From Vicugna vicugna (lineage: Eukaryota): a stretch of DNA of 64,000 nt. Where the stretch lies: positions 5,338,508 through 5,402,507 of the forward strand of contig MU058584.1 in NCBI GenBank assembly GCA_013265495.1. The letters run 5' to 3'. Below, one piece after another: positions 13,606 through 24,765 of this stretch. Made by a program: the position numbers and the translations under genes. The notes beneath the pieces were generated by a model that saw only the letters and a list, made by a program, of their open reading frames with translations, was not told the origin of the DNA and did no database searches. The first letter of the stretch is position 1. Every line of letters starts with the position of its first letter.

Positions 13606-14076
13606 CTATAAGTGGTAAAGTTGAATCAGTATGTAACAACAACAAAAAAAATTCCAAGCTCAAATTGTATCACTGGAAAATTGAAGCAAACATTTAAAGG
13701 AGAATTCTCATCTATACAATCTCTTTCAGAAAACAGGAGAGAACATTTCTCAATTCATTTTTCTGAAGCTAGTGTTAACCCTGGCAACAAAACCAGACAG
13801 AGACAGGCACACAAAAAAGAAAACTGCAGACAATTATCAAATATGCCTCATAAATATCAACGTAAAAATTCTTAAAAAAATAGTAAAAAGAACTATAAAT
13901 TATGACCAAGTGGGGTTCATTCCAGGGATGCAAGCCTGCTTCATTATTTGAAAATCAATGTCATTCACAATATTAACAAGCTAAAATACAAATCATAAGA
14001 TTATATCAATTGATGCAAAAGAAGTACTTGGCAAAGTTCAACACTCATGAATGACGAAAACTCTCAGAAAAATATA

Positions 14077-14434
14077 CCATATGAGATCGCTCATATGTGG
14101 AATCTAAAACAAACAAACAAACAAACAAAGCATAAATACAAAACAGAAACAGACTCATAGACATAGAATACAAACTTGTGCTTGCCAAGGGGGCGGGGGG
14201 TTGGAAAGGATAGACTGGGATTTCAAAATGTAGAATAGATCAACAAGATTATACTGTAAAGCACAGAGAAATAAATACAAGATCTTATGGTAGCTCACAG
14301 TGAAAAAAAAATGTGACAATGAATATATATATGTTCATGTATAACTGAAAAATTGTGCTTTACACTGGAATTTGACACAACATTGTAAAATGATTATAAA
14401 TCAATGAAAAAATGTTAAAAAAAAAAAAAAAGAA
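14077..14434 (+). mobile_element. Young camelid-type L1 3' end with poly(A) and perfect TSD
   Basis: atatgtggaatctaaaa...gacacaacattgtaaaatgattataaatc plus A-tail; TSD AGAAAAATATA at 14066-14076 and 14435-14445. Confidence 0.92.
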
Positions 14435-15926
14435 AGAAAAATATAGCCATAGAGAGGAACTTTCTTAACTTGATGGAGGAACCTCTATAAAAAACTACAC
14501 CTAACATTATACCTGATAGTGAAAGACAATGCTTTCCCCCTAAGATCAGGACCAAGGCAGGATGTTCATTCTCACCACATTTATTCCCCAGTGTATTCAG
14601 CATTCTAGCCAGGAAATAAGGCAAAAATAAATAGATAAATAAATAAATAGATAGATAGATAAAAGAAATAAATGATACATAGACCAGAAAGGAAAAGCTA
14701 AAACTATCTCTTTTAGCAGATGACATGATTACAATAGAAAATTCCAAAGCGACTATCAAAACAAAAAAACAGCTAGAATTCATTCGGCAGGGCCTCAGGA
14801 TTCAAAATAAATATACAAAAATCAATTCTATTTCAGTATATTAGCAATGGACACTGAAATTAAAAATATAATATCAATTGCAATTGCTCCAAAAAAACCA
14901 AAATACCTTGGTGTGAATCGAACAAAACATGTACAGACAGGCTTCGTATGCTGAAAACTATTCAACGCTGAGACCTAAAGAAATGGTGTTGGAACAAGGG
15001 GTAAACATGTAGATTAGAGGAACAGAATGAAGAATTCAGAACTAGACTCACAGAAGTATATTTTTGATAAGGATACAAAAGCAACTCAATGGAGGAATGA
15101 TAGCCTTTTCAACAAATGGTGCTGGAGTAATTGGACTAAAATTAGCTCAAGATGGAGCACAGATTTCAGTGTAAATGTAGAACTATAAAACTATTAAAAA
15201 TCATAGAAAAATCTTTAGGGTCTAGCACTTGGCAAAGTGTTCTTAAATTTGATAACAAAAGCATGATTCATGAACGGAAAACTTGATGACTTTTGACTTC
15301 ATCAAAAAATTTTTAATTGCTTTGCTATCGACCCTGTTAAGAGGATGAAAAGCCAGGCTACAGAGTTGGGGAAAATATTTGCAAATCACACATCTGACTA
15401 AGAACTAGTATCTAGAATTAAAAAAAAAAAAAAGAACTCTCAAAACTCAGTTTAAAAAATCCAATTAGAAAATGGGCAAAAGACATGACCAGATTTTTTT
15501 TCACCAGAGAAGATATATAGATGATAAATAAGTGCATGGAAAGATGTTCGACATCACTAGCCATTAGGCGAAAGCAATTTAAAACCACAAAGAGGTATCA
15601 CTACAAACCCACCAGAATGACTAAAGTAAAAACTGGTGAGGCTGTGGAGAAAGTGGGTCACTCGTACAATGCGCATGGGAATGTGAACGCAGAAGGCACA
15701 CTGGAAAACAGCTGGGCAGTCTCAAAAAAACTAAACATGGAACTACCACATGACCCAGAAATTGGATTCTTTGGGCATTTATCAAAAGAAGCAAAGACTT
15801 GCCATTCACACAAAAAGCTGTACGGAGCTGTTTGGTTTTATTCATAAAGGCACCAAACTAGAAACAACCCAAGCGTCTTTCCATGGATGAATTGTTAAAC
15901 CATGCTACACTGAGTACTACTCAGTA

Positions 15927-15959
<33 letters not shown>

Positions 15960-17854
15960 AGCAACTGTCCAGACAAATCTCCAGATGATCACGCTGAATG
16001 AAAAAAGTCAATCCCAAAATACTGCATGATTTGAGCTGTACAGCATTCTAGAAGAGTCAAACTTGTAGAAATGGAGAACAGATGAGTGGTTTCCAAGGGT
16101 TAAGGAGGTGGCGGGGGTGGGAGGGAGATGTGTGGGCTATAAAAGGGCAACATGAGGGATCCTCGTGGTGATGGAAAATTTCTGCATCATGACTCTATCA
16201 GTATCAATTCTGGTTGTAATATTGCAAGATGTTCACCATTGGGAGAAAGAAAATGGGTAAAAGGACATAAGGGATTTCTCTGTATTATTTCTAAGAACTG
16301 TACATGAATCTATAATTATTTCAAAATAGAAAGTTTAATTTAAAATATGGTTCTAGTGTAATTTCACATAAAAATTGAAATCATCTTTGAAAAAATTCGC
16401 CAGATCTGACCCACTTCCACATTTGGCTAAAATGGGCGGGTGTGGAGCAACCATTGCAACTCAAGCTTCAACATACACCTGCCAGTTCACCCCAGTCCTC
16501 ACTGCTCCCTATCGCTCCCTATCACCTAGCCTTAGGTGCTCCAGTATTCATTATCCAGCTTGCCCGGCTTATTTTCTTACATCCGGTAAGAGTCCCCTGC
16601 CTGGCCCTGTAGGCATTTGAATTTTCCACTGTTGTTGACTCAGATTCCTGACATCAGCAAAGCAGAGTGGAAGCAGGGCTCAGATATGCTGATGTGAACT
16701 CATGGAAACATCTTCATTCTATATCTCACGTCTGAAAAATGTGTGCCCGGGGCACGATGCCTAGAGTGGAAACCCCTGAAAGTCAGACAGACCTGCGTTA
16801 AAATCACAGCTCTCCCCTCTGACCTTGAGCAAATTACTTGAATTTTCAGATTTTTCACTTGCAAAGTGGAACAGTAATAATAATTCAAATAATGACTCAA
16901 TCTAAAACACCTACTACCACAGCATAGGGGCTCATTGATTTGTTTTCCCCATAACAACAGGATGCTTCTCTTTTTCTTATTTGTGATTCCTCTTACTAAC
17001 CAACAGCTTATGCTAAAAGAGGTGGGTTCCCACTGAAGTTTTATACCTACGTTTACCACTAACTGGGAACTTCCGTGCCACTTTGCTCAGCGGCCTCCTC
17101 GCACTGTCTCACCAGCCTCACGATAATCCTGCAAGACAGGCTCTTACTTGTATTATGCCCATCTTGCAAATGAGGAATATGAGGCATAGAATCATTTAGT
17201 TATTTAAGCTTTAGCCAATAAATCTGACTCTAGAATACGTGCGATATAGTTTTCCACTGACTCTCTGTTTCAGGCTTGGCAGGATTTGGAACAGGTTTTC
17301 TTTCCAGGCTTCCCCCTGCCTTTTGCATGTCCTTGCCTCATACAAAGATAAGACTAACTTGATATATTCTTGGTCAGCCTCGGTGTGTGTGCAGCCTTGG
17401 GAGAATCCCATCTCTGCTTCGCCTTCCTCTCCTGACACATGAAATCTCTTGGGATAAGCATGTGACTCAGGTACAGTGTAGGCAGGCTACACTGTGTTTG
17501 AAGCATTTCAGACACCACTCACCAGGTACAGGGTGTTATTATCAAGGACATTTTCCTATAGCAGCTCCGTTGGCATCTCTTTCACAATCCGATGATCTTT
17601 TATTGGCACTAACTTATATTGGCAAAGAGAAGGGGACAAAAAACACACAAAACAGGCAGAGTGAAATATCAGCTCTCCCCTGAGGACCAGTGGCTGGCTG
17701 AGACGCTCAAGGCTTGTCACTCACCGGATGTGAAGAGACTCAAGAACAACAGGACGCTCCCTGGCTCTTGACACAGTGTCCAAGAGCTTCCCAGGATGTG
17801 AAACCAGAGAAATGCCTTAGGCTTATTTCTCAATGGTCAAGATTCTCCAGTAAG

Positions 17855-18072
17855 ACAAAGCTGGATCTGATTCCTGGCTGCCCCACTTCTTAGCTGCGTC
17901 AACTTGGCCAGGGTTCCTAACCCCTCTTGCTAAGCCTCAGTTTTCTCACTTTGTGAAGTGGCCGTAATAATTACAATCATGCCTTCTCTACAGGGTCTTT
18001 GAAGAAAATAAATGAGATGACACAGAAAATGTGCTCATGTGCAGTAAGCCCTCAATAAATGTTAGTATTACT
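17855..18072 (+). mobile_element. MIR SINE (other MIR fragments near 6350, 16770, 18400, 25250, 33270, 34820, 36890, 42800, 48440, 59545)
   Basis: aagcctcagttttctcact...aaatgagatgac...ctcaataaatgttag: MIR core and tail. Confidence 0.75.
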
Positions 18073-19049
18073 GTATTAGGTGTGAAATTTGTGATAAACC
18101 AGGAAAAGATAATAGCCATTAGGATTATTAAAAGTGATAGCATATTTAAAATGCCAGGAAGAAAAGTGGTGGTGGTGATGGTGGCAGTGTTTTAGCCATA
18201 TCAGCAAAAAAGCCAGAAATTAAAAATGACAAGACTTCAAAGACTGTCCCAGGGGAAGCTTTCTTCCCACAAAAGTTGTATTTGTCAGAAGTTCTCTGCA
18301 TTTGAATTTTTTTAATTAAAAAAGTATTTTCCTATTAGATTGTAATTCCAGAAATGTTTCTAGTTCAATTTTGATAAATTTAACTCTTTCCTTTAAATAA
18401 TGTTCTGGCTTCATCTCTTTCTAGATTTGTGATCTTGGGCAACATTGTTTACCTTCTTAAATATCAGTTTTCTTGTCTATAAAATTAAGTTCTGGAACCA
18501 CCTGAGATAACGGACATGGAAGTGCTTTGTAAAAGTATAAACCACCCTTTTCTCCATAGAAATGCTGAGTTACAATGGTTCCAGTGCTGCTCTTAGCCAT
18601 GCTCCTTGCTTAAGACATTCGTGAGACAAAGTATACTTTCAACTAGAAAATAACAACTATTTAACATGTTCTATTCAGTTTGAAGGCAAAACTTTGGAGA
18701 AAACTGTGCTAATGAGATACAAGCATTGAACGTGAAGGTGAGTATTTGAGAAACTTGATTAATATCTTAGGGAGATGACAAAATTCTCCCCATTTCCCAG
18801 GAAGGCAGACCAATAGTTGAAGAACAGAAAGGATTTTTGAGAGGCCATCAATCTCTTTGACTCCAGTCTCTTCTATTTCCAGAAAATAGCCTGAAAAAAA
18901 TATATGACCAAATTAATCCTACTTATCTACTGGTTTTCATCGTATTGCTCCCCTGCTCAAGAATTCCCAGGAGTCTTTAACTATCTGCATGAAAAGCTCC
19001 AGCTCTGTAGCCTGAAATTTAACTTTCTTACTTTATAATATGGCCCCAC

Positions 19050-19686
19050 TGATGCGGGAAAACGGATGTGGGGCATGAGGAGGGCCGTGTCCCAGGTCTC
19101 GATGGAGCCCCTGGAACATGCACCACCAAGTGTGGGTCCTTGGCTTCGCACAGGGAAGAATTCAAGTGCGAGCCACGGTTGAGTAAAGGTAGATTTATTT
19201 AGAGAGATACACACTGCATAGAGTGTAAGGCAAGAGAAAGTCGAGGAAAGAGGTGTGAGAATTGGGTGCTCAGGTTAAAGTGAAATTAGGTACACACTCC
19301 ATAGACAGAGTGCAGGGCATCTCCAAAGAGGAGGGAGCGAAAAGGGCCACTAGGCGTTGTGTTGTCACTTTTTATGGTCTCAGTAGCTTCACACGCCTAC
19401 AGGTGGGATCATTCCAACTGCCCTGGGGAAGGGGCTGGGGTTCCCAGGGAGTGGGCCACCGCCCATTCTTTGGCCTTTTGCAGTTAGCCTTGGGGCTGTC
19501 ATGGTGCCTGCGGGCATGTTATTTGATCACGCTGTTATAATGAGCATATAATGAAGCTCAAGGTCTACCAGAAGTTAAACCTTTTAATCCTTAAGGCCCA
19601 CTAGGAGGTGAATCTTCCACCATTTCGGTGTTAAATTGCTATCATCACTTGAGTGGCTGTGCCCTGCCCTCTTCCCTCCTGATTCA
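19050..19686 (-). mobile_element. ERV1-type solo LTR
   Basis: TG...CA termini, 4-bp TSD CCAC/CTAC (1 mismatch), AATAAA on the minus strand at 19195-19200, CpGs retained. Confidence 0.8.
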
Positions 19687-20829
19687 CTACCTTCCTCTTA
19701 AGGCCTGGCCCCTGCCTTTCTCCATAATTTGCATCTTCTTCTCCATCCCTGCTTCATTGTCTCCGAGATGATGCACGCTTATCTCCTACTCCAAATGTTT
19801 GTTCATGCTATACCCTCACCCCTATGTTTGTCCTCCACACATACATCTATTTGAATCCTACCTACTCCTATTTATTTTCTTATTTTTGCCCGTCTGTATT
19901 TTCTTAGTTTTCTGCAATATTTTTAATTATAATCCTGAGTGTCCCTAGGGCCCAGCTTCCACACTTCCTTCCCCAAAATTCCTGACTGGCTTTGATAACT
20001 CCTTCTGTGATTACTGTCTGGACCATCTGCCAGAGCGCTTAGCTTTTTTCCTGTGGGTAGATCTTTCTCCTCAACCAGACGGTTCAGCTGTCAGACCCTA
20101 GGCAGGCCTTATCTTTCTTGTGTACGGGGTTTTGTTTGTTCTGTGACTCTTTCCAGAAAGACTTTAGGACAGCTCACAAAAACACACACACACATGCACG
20201 CACGCACGCCCAAACATAATTGCAAAGTACAAATAGTGTGACACAGAAGAGGGGGCCAGTAAAAATAAATGGGCACTGCAGACTCTGACTTCCTCCAAGG
20301 TCTTTCAACCCCAGGTACTCTATGTCCTAATGTTTCCTTAACACGTTTTACTGAAACTCTAGCAAGGAAAGAGCAGGAAGAAAACCAAATACAAGTAAAC
20401 AGAAGAGAAGATATAACGAAAGAATCCCAGATCTTTAGTCCTTCATTCATTCATGAATTCTGTCATTCAATAAAAAAATTTTAAGCATCTGTTATGTACC
20501 AGGTACTGGTTATATAACTAGTCCCATAACTTGAGGGACCCTCTTCATCTATTTAGCCTTATTTGTTAGATAATACAAATTAAAGAGGTAAAAAGGGAAG
20601 ATTAAAGTTGTGTCCCTTCCCTACTGAATGTAAAATGAATTTGAAAGAAAGCATTATTTGCATAGATAATCCAACATTGAAAACCAGGACTGGCTCATGT
20701 GTTTGAAATGTAAAGTTAATTTGCAAATTAAACATTGAACTTAAAAGAGACCCAGTGTTTTCTGAATTTTTTTAATATTTCATGTGTGCTAGGTTTTCAG
20801 GAAAATTTGCATTTGTGAACAAAATTGGA

Positions 20830-23800
20830 TAAACATAACAACTAATAAATATATAAAAGTTAGTCAACCTGAATGGTAATCAAATTATTGGAAATGTGAT
20901 ACCATTTTTAAAGATAAAGTGAAACCACAATGAAACTTCACTACATACCCACTAGGACATCTAAAATTTAAAAATGTTAAACACCAAAACTATAAAGGAT
21001 TTAGAATAAGCAGGAGTCTGATAGGTGTGTGAATTGGTGTAACTATTTTGTAAAATAGTTTGGCAGTTTCGTAAGAAGTTAAAATGGACATCTACCCTAT
21101 TACCTAGCAATTCTACTCCTAGCTGCTTTTCTAAGAAAAATTTTTAAATTTGTCCATAAAAAGCCTTGTAGAAGAATGTTCATAACAGCTTTACTCATAA
21201 TAACCAAAACTGGAAACAATCTGGCTGTGTGATACAATCATACAATAGAAAAACACTCACCAATAAAAAAGAAACAAACTATTGATACACGAAACAACAC
21301 AGATAAGTTTCAAAAATATTATACTGAATTAAAATGTATAGTGTATGATTCCACTTATATGAAATTCTAGAACCTGCAGTGATGGAAATCAGATGAATAT
21401 TTGCTTCTTAGAGGGTAAAAGAAGTTGACTGGGAAGAGGCCCAAGGAAATGTTCTTGTATGACTAAAATATTCTGTGGCTTGATATATAGTCATCAGAAT
21501 TGATTGTGAGTAGTTAAACTTAAAATCTGACTATTTTGCTGTATTCAATCATGTCTCAATAAATCAAACAAACAAACTTTAAAAGATAATGCTGAGGCAA
21601 GTTTTTGCAATTTGGAAATTCTCTAAAACTGGATTATGGTAGTGGTTGCAAATGTATACATTTATTAAAAAACCACTGAACTATTCATTTACAATGAGTA
21701 AACTTTTTAATATGTCACTTATACCTCAAGAAACTACTGAGTAAAAAGATAATGCATTCAATATTGCACTGGAAGTGCTAGTAAATGCAATAAAACAAAA
21801 AAAGGAAATAACAGGTATACAGATTGGGAAAGAAGAAATAAAACGATCTTTGTTTGCAGATGACATTGTCATCCATGTAAAAAATTTAAAAAAAAAAACC
21901 CCTCCTGGAACTAATAAGTGATTATAGCAAGATGGCAGGATACAAAGTTAATATACAAAAATCAATTCTTTTCCTCTATACCAGCACTGAAAACATGGCA
22001 TTTGAAATTAAAAACACGATACTTTTTACATTCACGCCTCCAAAAATAAAATACTTAGATATAAGTTTAACAAAATATGTATAAGATCTATATGTGGTAA
22101 ACTACAAAACTCTGATGAAAGAAATCAAAGAACATAATAATTAGATATTCCATTTTCATGGATACAAAAACCCAATATTGTCAACATGTCAATTCCTCCC
22201 AAATTGATCTGTAGATTTATTTTGTGTATATCTCTAAAATGATTCTAAAATGTATATGAAGGGACAAAAGACCCAGAATAGCCAACACAATACTGGAGAA
22301 GAACCAAGTTGAGGGACTGATGCTGCCTGACTTCAAGACCTACAATAAAGCTACAATAATCAAGATAGTGTGTTATTGATGAAAGAATAGACAAATAGAC
22401 CAATCGAACAAAACAGAGAGCTCAGAAACAGGCCCACATAAGTCCAATCAACTTTTCTTTGACAAAGGAATAAAGGCAATACAATAGAACAAAAATAGTC
22501 TCTTCAACAAATGGTGTTAGAACAACTGGACATCCACATGCAAAAAAAAAAAAAAAGAATCTAGACATAGACATTACACCCCTCACAAAAATTAGCTCAG
22601 AATGATCATAGGCCTAAATAAGAAACTCCTGGAAAACAACATAGGAGAAGACCTAGATGACCTTGGTTGTGACGATGACTTTTTAGATACAATACCAAAA
22701 GCACAATCCATGGAGGAAATAATTGATAATTGATAACTGGACTTTATTAAAATAAAAAAAGTCTGCTCTGCAAAAAAAACAGCATCAAGAAAATGAGATG
22801 ACAAGCCACAGACTGGGAGAAAATATTTGCAAAAGACTCATCTGACAAAAGACTGTTATCCAAAAATGTATAAAGAACTCTTAAAAATTCAACAGTAAGA
22901 AAAAAACAACCCAATTTAAAAATGAACAAAGAACTTAGCAGATAGTTAGTAGACCTTAGTAGACAGTTTGACAGTTTCTTACAAAATGAAACATACTTTT
23001 ACCATGTGATCTAGCAATTGAGCTCCTTGGTGTTTACCCAAAGAATTTAAAAACCTAGATTCATACAAACCTGTGCATACACATTTTGCAGCAGCCTTAT
23101 TCATAATTGCCAACACTTGGAAGCAACCAAGATGCCCTTCAGTAGGTGAATAAATAAACTGCGGTACCTCTAGACAATGGACCATTATTCAGGGCTAGAA
23201 AGAAATGAGCTCTTAAACCATGAAAAGACATGAGTAAACTTAATTGCATATTATTAAGTGAAAGAAGTCAATCTGAAAATGTTAATACTGTGTGCTCCCA
23301 ATTATATGACATTCTAGAAAAGGCAAAACTATGGAGACAATAAAAATGTCAGTGATTGCCTGGATTTTGCAGGGAGACAGGCAGTGGAGGAAAGATGAGG
23401 AAGCATAGCACAGAGGACTTTTAGGGCAGACAAAATACTTCATACAATACTGTAATGATGGATACATGTCATTATACGTTTGTCCCAACCACAAAATGTG
23501 CAGCATCAACAGTGAACACTAATGTAAACTGTGGACCTGTGATTATGATGTGTCAATGTAGGTTCACCAGCAGTAACAAATGTATCACTCTGGTGAGGGA
23601 TGTTGTTGATGAAGAGACTCACAAGTGTGGGGCACAGGAGTATATATCTGTACCTTCCTCTTTATTTTGCTATGAACCTAAAACTGGTCTAAAAAACATG
23701 TCTTAAAAAAAGGTAATGCACATGACTATTGGGGTGCAGAGAAAAACAGTCACAGATTTGGGATTACAAATTGTCTTGAGCAATTTGATGCTGTAAACCA

Positions 23801-24260
23801 AGAATGCCCTCGGGCCAAGCAATTCCACTTTAGAAATTTACCATGAGAAAATAATTGAGGACATGCACAAAGATTTAATTTTAAAGATGGATATTAAACT
23901 GAGGTGCCATTTGTAATAGATAAAAATGGAAAGCAACTTAATGTCTACTATAGCACATTAGTGAAATAAATGTATATGAATGTGTGTACAAACAGTAGCT
24001 ATTATAATAATGTTGTAAGTTAATGTTGATCAACACGGAAAGCTGTTCACAACATATTAATAGAAGACACAGATTGGAGAAAACAAGTAGAAAACAGCAT
24101 AACTGGTATTACTATGTAGTACTTTTAGTATTGTGTAGGTGTATTACTATATAGAGAATTCTGTAAGACGATAAGGGTACTTGTCTCTGGGTGGTAGGAT
24201 TAAGGGGTAACTTTCTATTCTTTCTTACTAATTATATGTGCCTTTTACAAAAGATTTTTT
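20830..24260 (+). mobile_element. Stack of old L1M fragments; largest is an L1MC-like ORF2/3' end at 21757-23706
   Basis: tgtttgcagatgacat, cctgacttcaagacctacaataaagctaca, cttcaacaaatggtg; 3' end ctgtaccttcctc...ttttgctatgaacctaaaactg; TSD AAAAAGATAATGCA/AAAAAGGTAATGCA at 21743-21756 and 23707-23720. Confidence 0.85.
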
Positions 24261-24593
24261 TTCAAAATCTTTAAAGTGAGTTAATAATGGGAGAAGATAC
24301 ATCATTAGGACTGTGGTACATATGATAAATACGGGAGTTCTGAAAATTCGGTGCGTGCTACTTTATGCAATAGATGTCTATAAATTGGCTTGCACTTTCC
24401 ATGATGGGAAAAAAAGCTGCAAGAAAAGTAAAAAATCATTTGATAATGTGAATAACCATTGCCTCATGTTCCTGTTTTGGAAGTTCACATCATTTTCGCT
24501 TTCAGCATCACCTAAAACAGAAAATACCTAAATCGTTATTCTTTCGTAATGTCCTGGTCAAACTGCTAAGCATAATCATTTTAAGAAAGCCCC

Positions 24594-24765
24594 GGGGGGA
24601 GGGTATAGATGAGTTGTGGAGTGCATGCTTAGCAAGCACAAGGTCCTGGATTCAATCCCCAGTACCTCCACCAAAAACATAATAATAATAAATAAGTAAA
24701 CCTAATTACCTCTCCTCCCCATGCCGCCAAAAAAAGGGCTTGGCTTTGAAAAAAACAAAAACAAA
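24594..24765 (+). mobile_element. Vic-1-type tRNA-Ala-derived SINE
   Basis: ggggagggtatag...gagtgcatgcttagcaagcacaaggtcctggattcaatccccagtacctcca, then an A-rich tail and aaacctaattacctc. Confidence 0.88.

Larger units (their letters stand above)
11070..16345 (+). mobile_element. Long ancient L1M element (5' region, ORF1 start, ORF2 RT/C-terminus, L1MD-like 3' end) with nested insertions
   Basis: ORF1-like ...agcaaagaaattgaagatatataaaagaaccaaatggaaatttt (12500-12545); RT motifs tatgaccaagtggggttcattccagggatgcaag (13901) and gcagatgacatgatt (14716); ORF 15521-15847 MERCSTSLAIRRKQFKTTKRYHY; 3' end ctctgtattatttct...catgaatctataattatttcaaaata. Confidence 0.85.

Noticed and set aside
24594..24670. 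tRNA-Ala-like sequences (also 58655 and 62123)
   Set aside because: Degenerate stems, A-rich tails and multiple dispersed copies indicate SINEs, not tRNA genes.
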